Source: Proteromonas lacertae (Eukaryota). Taken from it: a stretch of DNA of 20,000 bases. The DNA lies in the NCBI GenBank assembly GCA_002245135.1, contig NGBS01000894.1:113807-133806 (forward strand), read 5' to 3'. Numbering within the stretch: the first letter of the stretch is position 1; each line of letters begins with the position of its first letter. Below are positions 10,087 to 20,000 of this stretch, piece after piece. Made by a program: the position numbers and the translations under genes. The notes beneath the pieces were generated by a model that ran no database searches, was not told the origin of the DNA, and saw nothing but the letters and a program-made list of their open reading frames with translations.

Positions 10087-11463
10087 TTAATTTATAAGGT
10101 TTTCTTTTCTAGCTGCTAATATTTGATTTGAAAAACTGGCAAAATCACTTGGACTGCTTGCTTTAGATAAAAACGGGATGTAAAAGAAGTTGTGATGCAT
10201 TTGCTCTTTGTTTTGGCTATAATATATATTAGTAATAAATATAATAATTATACATCCATATTCAAACAATTAGACAAAAAATCCAATAATTCATTTGACC
10301 ATTTGTAAGGTTCTTTAACTGTTGGAGAATCTCCAGATATAATCTGTAATAATGCTTTCATAACTTGCAAATGTATCCATGGTGGTTCTCCATCTGCCAT
10401 TTCTATTGCTGTTATACCCATAGACCAAACATCTACTTTATCATCATATTCATTACCTCTTATTAACTCTGGAGCCATCCAATATGGTGTACCTACTATA
10501 CTTTTTCTTTTTTGATTCTCTTGAGTCAATCCTATAGCAAAACCAAAATCTGCTATTTTTATCCTACCATCATGGTCTACTAAGATATTATCACTCTTTA
10601 TATCTCTATGAAGTCTATGATGTATATGCATTGTAGCTAACGCACTACACAAATTACTTGATACATATGAGATATAACTTTCTTCAAATCCTAAGCTTGA
10701 ACCTATTATTTCAGTTAGAGGACCTCCAGCCATTAATTCCATTACGATCCATAACCGATTATCCCATTCAAAACTCTCAAAATATTGGACTATACTTTCA
10801 TGAATACAAGATGACTGTATGATTATTTCATTTTTAATTGATTCATATTCTGTCATTGGACATGTCTTAATTGCCCTTTTACAACCGTCTGACTTATTTA
10901 TTGCTTCATATACTATACCTACAGCTCCTTGACCTATTTTTGATACTAAATTATAACTTTTATTCGGATCTTCTTTTTTAAACAGCAATTTCTTTTGTTC
11001 AGATGTCATTTCTGTTGATGATGTGTAATGAAGTTTTGAACCATTATTCGTTTGAAATCTTAGTACATCTAATACCTCCATTGGATGTGCCTTTATATCA
11101 TCAGGTGTTATTGTCGATGAGTTCAATAACTCTACCCATTCTTGAGGTAAGTTATCAAAGCCTAAAGGATTGCTGGAATTTACTGTCACATGTATTTTTC
11201 TCACAAATCCTGTGGGTTTTGATATTTTTGGATCAGTATTTGTATCACTAACTTGTAATTCCTAATGCATTGGTCAAATTAAAATATAAATAATACAATT
11301 GGTAACGTCATTCCCTCACTAACTTTTGCACATTCTTTTAAGTGATCTGGTAGCTTTTCATAGATTTCTTTAGGTATATCCTATGGACAGTAAATAGAAT
11401 GTGTACCTGAAGATTATTATCGACGTGAAACACTCTTTTAAAAGCTATTACATTGTTGGACAT
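10087..11463 (-). CDS. PAK: p21-activated (PAK/STE20-family) Ser/Thr kinase with CRIB/PBD domain, ~425 aa, 4 exons
   Basis: Exons 11463-11407, 11380-11297, 11261-10254 and 10216-10087; introns of 26, 35 and 37 nt. CRIB ISKPTGFVRKIHV...FDNLPQEW; kinase motifs GQGAVG, AIK, HRDIKSDN, DFG and GTPYWMAPE. One extra base in ggg at 10175-10177 breaks the expected HPFLSKA...AARKE tail. Confidence 0.93.
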
Positions 11464-11838
11464 TATTCAATCAAAAGAAAAAAGGAATAAAAAAATCAAG
11501 CCAAACCTATAAAAAAACTATATAATCATATTATGGATAAAGATATAAGTAAATTACAATCATTTATGTATATGCTTAAATGAAATATATCTACAAAAAT
11601 AAAAAAAATGAACCGTCATCAAAAATATATAATTGCTCACAAAGGAATTATTACCTAAAATAACAACAGCATTTTCATTTATAGTTTTCATGGAAATATT
11701 TCTTTTTGAGTAATTTTTGATACTTCAAGAAAAATCTGAAAAATGCAGTGAAACACAAATCCCAGCTTGTCAAGAGTTTGAGATTGAAATTGTTTATTTG
11801 AGTTTTTCTAAGTAATACTCATGAATAATTAAATCGAC

Positions 11839-14800
11839 ATGAATTGTAATATCGCTTTTATATTGTTTGTAATCCTTTTCACTTGGATATTGTATTCATT
11901 ACTTTTTAATCATTGTATAGGCAAGTCCTTCAAAGCTGAAATTACCGCTGATAGCCATGGACCTTTTGGAGAAAAACAATTACCTATCAAGATCAGAGTT
12001 GTATTTGAATAGTATACATTTCTTTCAATTACTTTTTACATAGTGCTGTTGTTGATTTACCAAAAGAAGGTTTAGTTGGTGCAAATTGGACAATTGGTAA
12101 TATTGCTGCTTCCGAAGATAACATGACATTTACTGTAGATTTAACTCCAGTAAACAAGTTAATATGGGGTGAAAGTCCAATTTATTTGAAAGAAGGAGCT
12201 TGTAAAAGAAGTGCCGAAAATCACACTGAAGAAAGTAATTCTCGTTCAAACACGTTTTACATTTCTTATGGTTCAACAGTGGAAGATGATTGGATGGATT
12301 GTTTTCATATAAAGAGTTTTCATCCAGAATATCGTAGTGGTTTATATTACATAACCTTTCAAAATACTCGTAAAGCTGGTTTAACTTATTGTGATCAAGA
12401 AACAGCAGGTGGTGGTTGGACATTGTTTTATGCAAATGCTGCTTATCATAATATGACAAAGAAGAGGAGTTATAATGAATATATGCAAGATCGAAAGAAT
12501 GATAACTTAGCTGATTTAAGTAAATATGGTTATCACAGTAAAGAATTAGGAGGAATGTTAGATTTTGATGAATTAACTTCATTCTATTCGTTGATGGGAA
12601 AAGATATTGGTGGTAGATGGAAAAGCAATGAATATGCGATAATGGTATTTCCATCTAATTTTGTATTACAAGAATTCTTAAAACATACACTAGTAAGTGG
12701 TAATGAATGTAGTCAAATGCCAAATGGTGAATCATTTACTTATCGTAATAGTAATGGAATGGAATATAAATTTGATTCGTTAAAGAATTATAATGGTCAA
12801 GGATATGGTTGGCAAGATTGTATGTCTGAAAAACCACCAGAAACACCAGGTTCCAATGTAGAGAATTGTCCAAGACATGTATTATATGCAATTAATGATA
12901 AAAGTGATAATATGAGAGTTCGTGGTATATTTGGTTTTATTGGTGATGATGAAAGTGCAACTGCTCGATATTTTGTAAGACCTCGTCGAGATTTACAACC
13001 ACCAATGCCTGTATTATCCTCTAATACTGGTAATCCAGCTACAATAGTTCCAATAACAGTGACATTGACATTTAGTGAAGTTGTATTTGGAATGAATGCA
13101 ACTGGAATTGAATGTTTACATTGTAAAGTTTATAATTTTGTAAAATCTCCAATAAATGATTATACATATGTATTTGATGTTCATCCAACGAAATTAGAAA
13201 ATGTGACAATTGGAATAGTTGTAAAAGAAGGTGTTTGTGAAGATATGGATCATTTAAAGAATGAAGCTAGTCTTCCATTGAATTATTCATTAACTGGTGA
13301 TTTTTATTTATTAAAATATGCTCAAAATCCATTAAATCAGAGTTTTGGATATTGGTTAAATAGTTGGAGATCAAAAGATGTGAGTTATTTATATGGAACA
13401 TTTGGAATTCAAGCAAGTGGTCATTTCCGAATTGGTTTATCTGCAAGTAAAGGCATAAGTCATCCCATGTTAATATTAGATATTGGTGATGGAAATAATC
13501 GTCAAATTCATAAAATAATTCATACAAATGCTGATGGTAAAGAAAGTATCTTAGCTCAAAAAGAATATGATTTGAAAATCACAAGTTATGATTATTCTAA
13601 AATCTTCTTCATCTATAATTATGGTCAAATAGCAATTGGTTTAGGTGACAATATAACCAGTAAAGCTGTAATAGAATATATTTGTCAAGATGCTGAGAAA
13701 GTAAAAGTGAAATATGCTTCTTATGGTTCAAGTCCAGTATCTGGTATTGTTTATATGTATCCTTCCATTGGTCCATTAGATGATGGTGCTGAATTCACAG
13801 TAAAATTAAACACCAGTGCTCCAACTCCAGCTTTTGAACCATTTTATGTAACCTTGGTATTTAGTCGAAATGTATTGACATTATCTAAAAGTGGAATAGT
13901 TGCAAATGATAAAGGTGATTGGTTATCTGATTTAGAGAAGATTACTGATCGAATTTATATATTCAAAGTATCTCCAGAAGTAACAAGTGATACATCAATT
14001 ACAATAATGGTAAAAGCTGATGCTGCTTTGAGTGTAGATGGAGCTAAATCTAAAGAATCATTACCATTAGTAATAGCTTATCGTTCATCAAAAATAACAG
14101 CCAAATTAACACCTGAATGTCCAGAAAGTGGTTATATTGTAGTTCCAATGACAGTAACACTTACATTTAATAGAAATATTGTTGATTTTACTATAGATAA
14201 AATACGATATTATTGGAATTTAGGAAGAATAGAAAACTTTCATGGTAAAGATAGAACTTATACATTTGATATTATTCCAAAACAAACGAATTGTGGATTT
14301 TATATAGATGAAGATTCAATACATGATGAAGCAGGACAATCAAATGAAGAATTTAGTTTTGATCTTAAATTTGGTGCTGTACAAAATTATACAATGATTC
14401 AATATTTTTATGATTTTCCATTATGGTTAAATGGTTGGTCAACTAATGAAGTAGGAACAATAAATGGTGAATTTAGATTAAGAACAATACAAAAATTTTA
14501 TATTGGTTTATCTACCTCAAAAAGTGATACATCAAATAGATATGAATTTGCTTTAGGTTTTCCATCAAAGAATATTTCCGAATTTACATTAAACACCATT
14601 CAAAGACATTATCAAGGTCATAAGGATGTAATAGCTTCAATTGAAAAAGCAATATTTTCACCTGGTGAATGGAGAAATGTGAAATTTTATGTAGATGAAG
14701 GAAATTTGACATTATTAGTGGATGATGAGACATTAATAAGTGCTATAGATCCTGAACCACTTCGTGTAGAATTTGTATCTTTCAGTATAATTGATGTTCA

Positions 14801-17800
14801 AGCTGATCTTCGAAATATAGCAATTGGTCCAAACGAATTAGTATCACCAACTGTAAATATTTCAAGTAATAGTGAAAATCCAGCTCGTTCAATACCAGTA
14901 TGGGTAACAGTGACATTTTCAGTTCCAGTAGTTGAATTTGATGAGAATGATATTATACCAATGAATGGTTATAGAAGTAATTTAACTGACACTGGAGATG
15001 CTAAACATTGGTATTTGAATTATATCCAACCAAAACTGATTATTTCTGTGGTGTAACAATTCGTGCTGGTGCTGCTTTATCTGAACAAGGCCGATTTCCA
15101 TCTAAAGCTTCTAACCCATTTTCTATTACCGCTTCTGATATATTAGAATTTGATTTAGACCCAATGAAAGGTGTTTTCTATTTATGGTATGATGATTTTT
15201 ACAGTTTAAATGCAGCTAATAGTTGGACAACATTTACTGCTTATGGTTCTGGTTCATTCTATTTAGCTTTTGGTTCTGATAAGAGTTCAGGATCTAATAG
15301 ATATGAATTATTATTTGATGGTCCAAATCATGTGAATTCAATCACAAGAGTATTCCAAGGTAAAAAGACAGAAATGTCTAAAATCACCAAAGAAATAGCA
15401 AAAGGAGAAAGTGGTGTGAATTTATGGGGTGCAGTTCAAAATGGTGTAATTAGAATGGGTTTAGGAACAGTGGTAGGTGAACAAGAAATAGCAAAAACTC
15501 AAGATAGTAGTGTAATACCTGTAGAATTTATGAGTTGGGCAACTGGTGATGATTCTGCAGTTTATCGAAATATTCAAAGTGGAGAACATGAAACTTCAAT
15601 GTCCGTTGAAATAACAACAAATATGGATTTCATAGTGAAAACTGCTCCAGTAACTGCAATATTTACATTCCCTCATCCTGTAGAAGATTTCATATTTAGT
15701 AGTATAAAATTTGATAAAGATTGTGAGAAAGGTTATAGTTTATTTAAGATTGATGAATATAACTATGCAATTGGTGTATTTAATAAACCAAATCGAACTT
15801 GTTCATTCTATTTACCTGGTCATAGTGTTTGTGATTTCTCTGGAAATTGGAATTCCAAATCGAATACAGTGATAATAAATCCAAGTGATGAAGTCTTTCA
15901 ATTCAAATTTGATTATTCAATGGATCATATTTATAGTTTCTATTATGACAATTGGAAATCATTCGATTCAAGTGAAACAAACATTACATTTGATGTGAAA
16001 TGTACTCAAAATGTTTATATTGCTTTATCTGAATTTGTTCCAATCAATACAACTTCGTATGAAATAATATTAGGTGCTCAATATAATACTGAAATTCGAT
16101 TGAATTCCTTAAGTGCTGATGGTACAGCTATATTATTATCTCGATCTAATGTTCCAGTTTGTTCAGCAGATACATATGTTTCAATGTATATAACAGTAGC
16201 AAACACTGAAAAAGGAGTAAGAATAACAGTAGGAAGTGGTAAAGAATTTGGTGAGAATATATTATTAAGATATTATGATTCATCTGCTTCAACAATCAAA
16301 CAAAAGTATGTATTATTCCGAACTGAAGGTTATGGAATTGATGTAAAGAATATAGCTGTAGGTCCAGCCAGTGGTGATGTTTCAGCTCCAACAGCCACAC
16401 TATCAACAAAATTCTTAAATCCAACTTCAACATTACCAGTTAGTTGTACTTTAACATTCAGTGAACCAGTTCAAGGAATGAATGAGAAATTATTAAAAAC
16501 AGTAAATGCTCAAATCAAAGGATATTTCCAGTTGACTTCTTCAACATATTTCTTCTATTTACTTCCAATATCATCTCAAAGAGAAGCAACAGTTCAATTA
16601 CCTGAAGGTTTAGTAATTGATCGAGCTGGAAATGGAAATAAAGCCTCCAATGTATTAATGATTCAATTAGCTGCTTCTATATTTGATTTTGATTTATTTG
16701 GAGATCAACACCGCTATTATTCATATTATTATGAACAATGGAAATCTACAACACCTGGTGAAGTAATGGTTGATTTCTATGCAAGTGGCGAGCAATCCTT
16801 ATGTGTTCAATTAATATCTAATCCAAATGTAGAATATCCATATTATGAATTTTGCATAGATTTAAGGGAAGGAAGTATTATTTATGAAAATGGTGATGAT
16901 GAGTTAGAACATATTGATATAACTAATTGGATTGTTCCAGATGAATATCGTCATTTTGGATTTGGTATTAAAGATGGCATTTTGAATGCATATTACAATA
17001 ATTTAGTTGTAATGAATCATACATTTGTGAATGAAAATTGGAAGACTTTACAATATGTTTCATTTACTGGAAGTACATCACCAATTAATATTCGTCAAAT
17101 AAGAGTAACTCCATATAATGGAGCAAGTGATAGACCAGTTCCAACATTGTTAGTCAAAACCCCAGAACCAATTGAACAAGTTCCAATCTCAATGGAATTA
17201 ATATTCAATATTCCAGTAACAGGAGTATATGATGAAAGTATATTGAATATAACTGAAGGTGAAGGATATATAATGGATTTCCAAAATGTAGGTGGTAAAT
17301 ATTTGTTTGATTTTATTCCTTATTTATCTAATTCAACTACAAAATTGGAAGTAGTAGAAGGTAAAGCAATGTCTCGAACTGGTATAAATTCCACAAGTTC
17401 AAGTGCTTCAGTAAAGATTGGTAGTGATATAAAATTCTATTTAGCTTTACCATTATATAATGATATTGGTTTTCGAAATAGTGCTTGGCAAAGTTCTCGA
17501 TATGGTCATGTTTATGTAGTATTTGATGCTAGATGTAGTAATGATATAACAATAATCTTAACCACAACATTAAAGAATGCAAATCCCAAATATATAATAA
17601 CATTAGGAAGTAATAAAAACACTCGAACTGAAATCCAAAGAATTCAAATCAATATGTGAGTAGTGTAAGTTATTTAGGTGAAAGACCAATGTGTAATGAT
17701 TATCGAGATGTATCTTATTGGATAGAACAAAATGGTAATCAGATTCATATTGGTTCAGGTCGTCAAATAGGTCATAATACATTATATAAATATACTGATC

Positions 17801-20000
17801 CTCAACCATTTTCAAGCCGTTATGTATCATTCAGTGCTTGGGATACAAGTGTATTATACTCAAACATCCAAGTTGGTCCATATGATAAAAACAGTGTAGA
17901 AGGTGTAATATTTACCGAAACAATAATGCCAACCAATGTCGAAAAGATAGTGTGTGAAATCTATTGGACTAATCCAGTGGAAGATTTCACAATAGCTGAT
18001 ATAATAGCTACAAGTGTGAATGTGAATAATTTAACTCAAAGAATAATCAATGGTATACATTTGATGTATATCCTCAATCTTGTGGTGTTCATGAAATCTA
18101 TATTCCTGCTAATGCTGTTTGGACAAAAGAAGGAGTAAAAAATAATAAAACCTTACCATTATTTATTGAATGGTGTAATGAAAGACCAAAGCCAGTAATG
18201 TATGTTCCAACTCCAATTTCTGTCGAATATACTCCAATTCCTGTTTATATTGAATTCCAAAGACCAGTATATGGTTTTACAGTAGAAGATTTTACACTAA
18301 GTGGTGATAAAGCAACAGCTACTTTATTAACTCAATTGAATAATTTAGTATATCAAGTATTAATAACTCCAAGTGGCGATAGTGTTAATAATGTGAACAT
18401 TGAAATCGAAGAAAATCAATTACAAGATGTATATGGGAATAACAATGAAGCTAGTGGAGTATATCGATTACCTAAATATAGTTCAAATGTGAAAGTATTT
18501 TCAGCTAATGAAAGTTATTACAATGTTCCATTAATCTTATCTCAATGGTCAACAAAGACAGAAGGAATTTGTACAATAAAATTTGAAGCATTATGTACCA
18601 ATGATATGTATATTTCTTTTTCTCAAGGTTTTACAGAAAATGAAGATAGTTATGCGATAGTCCCAGGAGCAAGTGGAAATACAGAATCAAGAATTCAAAT
18701 AGGAAGTACCGTAATGGAATATGCTCATGGTGCAGTATGTAAACCATGGAGATATGTATCTTATTGGGCTTCATTTGATGGAAGAAAGATTTCATTTGGT
18801 TTAGGAAATGAAATAGGAAAGAATGTAACAATATCTTATACAGACACGAAGGATCGAAAGAATATGTATATTGGTTTAAGTAACTGGGATAATATAGTAT
18901 TATATCGAAAGATTGAGATAGGTCCAGATAGTTATATGCCAGTTCGTGCTTCAATAAGATTAAGTACAACTCATTATTATACAAATCAAAACCCAATCAA
19001 AGGTAATTTAACATTCACAAAAGCTGTGAAAGATTTTGATCAAAGTAAATTGAATATAACAGGTGGTAGTACAATTAGTTTATTCACTAAAATAAGTAAT
19101 GTATTTTATCAATTTGAAATAACTCCTAAAGAAGGATATAGTACAATTAATTTACCTAGTAATTCTGTAGTAGGTGAAGATGGTAAAAATAATGAAGAAT
19201 CCAATATGATAGGATTTTATTATACAACAGCTGGTTTATATGGTTCATTTTCATCTCCAGTAGAAGATGTAGAAGTAATTCCATTCCCATTATGGTTAAG
19301 TTGGAATAAACCAGTTCTTGATTTTAGTACTGATAAGATCCAATCTTCATCACATGGTTATTATAATGATACAGCAACAACTGGAAGTGTATTTTATATG
19401 AATGCTGCTTATACTGAAAGTATAACCAAAGTATCAATTGCTGAAAAGAAAATAACCTCGACATCTGGTGATTTAAATTTAGAAGTAATGACATATGAAG
19501 TACCTCCATATGCTGCTCAATTAAAGAATTATAATGTTCCAGCTAATCGAAATGGTGAACCATTTGCAGTAAATACTTGGTGTAATAAAGGTCGAAATCA
19601 CATGTATGTAAGTTTCCAAGCTGATTGTTCTGATGGTTTAGCTGTTGGTTTTACTCCTAATTTGAATGAAAAAATGAATGTTTATGAAATAGAGATAAGT
19701 CATTTTGGTAATTCTAAGAGTACAATAAAAAGAGTTCGAAATACAGCTGTAAAAGCAAGTCATGAAGAAGCTTTATGTAGTAGTGGAAAATTAATATCAT
19801 TATGGGCTAAAATAGTAAATGGTACAATAACAGTAGGTAAAGGTATAACAGTTGATGAGAATGAGATAATGAAATATGTTGATGATAATCCATTAGAAGT
19901 GAAATATGTTTATTTCTCATCTTATTCTGATAAAGTAAAAATAAGTGAAATATCTGTAGGTCCAACCAATCTTGATACTCCAATATTAACAGTGAAAGAA
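11839..20000 (+). CDS. Giant secreted/surface multidomain protein (3'-truncated, ~2700 aa in window): signal peptide + Ig-like + fibrinogen-like + alternating Ig-like / Methyltransf_FA-like domains
   Basis: ATG at 11839 with hydrophobic leader MNCNIAFILFVILF. A 32-nt intron at 12012-12043 joins it in frame to ORF 12123. Fibrinogen-like DCxxI...SGLYYI...YCDQETAGGGWTL at ~12297-12426. Ig-like units carry P-x-x-V-T-L-T-F-S-E-x-V...Y-x-F-x-x-x-P...N-x-A-S. FA-like units carry F-x-x-x-C-x-N-D...YEIxLG...N...S-Y-W...I-x-V-G-x-G...YVSFS...IxVGP. Single-base deletions at ~15010, ~17641 and ~18039 join the ORFs; the last frame reads open from 18042 to 20000. Confidence 0.88.

Noticed and set aside
11464..11838. 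Small gene or ncRNA in the 375-nt divergent spacer
   Set aside because: No convincing spliced ORF, tRNA fold or snoRNA boxes were recognised by eye. An Infernal/Rfam scan would be needed to exclude an RNA gene.
4283..18040. Programmed ribosomal frameshifting or pseudogenisation to explain breaks at ~4290, ~4505, ~5380, ~10176, ~15010, ~17641 and ~18039
   Set aside because: Apart from the ~4290 junction, all are single-base changes in short homopolymers, in both directions, with no shared slippery motif, and they even hit a well-conserved kinase. Long-read consensus error is the simplest explanation; short-read polishing would settle it.
15008..18138. ORFs 15008-17659 and 17656-18138 as separate genes, or introns at their junctions
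   Set aside because: The breaks fall in the middle of Ig-like or FA-like domains, and adding one base restores them (HWVFELYP; IQRNSNQYVSS; LTQKNNQWYTFDVYP). The GT at 15011 has no AG within micro-intron distance.
7326..19509. Short ORFs opposite real genes (7326-7529, 9683-9883, 11003-11251, 12130-12654, 13267-13527, 17603-17830, 18631-18996, 19324-19509) and 9297-9521
   Set aside because: They are antisense shadows or intron read-through of the modelled genes, with no recognisable motifs.
13300..19965. Literal methyltransferase activity of the Methyltransf_FA-like domains
   Set aside because: No SAM-binding glycine-rich Rossmann motif is visible, the pattern is beta-strand-like, and the context is extracellular. 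The family name alone is not evidence of catalysis.

Overview
This is very AT-rich, gene-dense eukaryotic DNA with tiny GT-AG introns (25-40 nt) and very short intergenic gaps. A Blastocystis-like or other opalinate stramenopile protist is my inference, not something shown. Six genes were reconstructed by hand. (1) The 3' part of a giant intronless protein built from near-identical modular S/N/I/E/K/G-rich repeats, resembling a beta-solenoid or fibre (<1-6860, +). (2) A 6-exon gene for a stand-alone SRP54/Ffh M-domain protein with a mitochondrial-type presequence, MAP67-like, only partly caught by the ORF track (7764-6970, -). (3) A small Qc-type SNARE whose stop codon may be created by polyadenylation (7878-8293/8343, +). 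(4) A divergent PP2A B56-like subunit with 8 exons (10023-8434, -). (5) A PAK/STE20 kinase with CRIB motif(s) (11463-10087, -). (6) The 5' part of a giant secreted or surface protein: signal peptide, Ig-like domain, fibrinogen-like YCDxxxxGGGW domain, then alternating Ig-like and farnesoic-acid-methyltransferase-like (Methyltransf_FA) domains (11839->20000, +). Several 1-nt homopolymer indels break the long ORFs and are probably sequencing errors.
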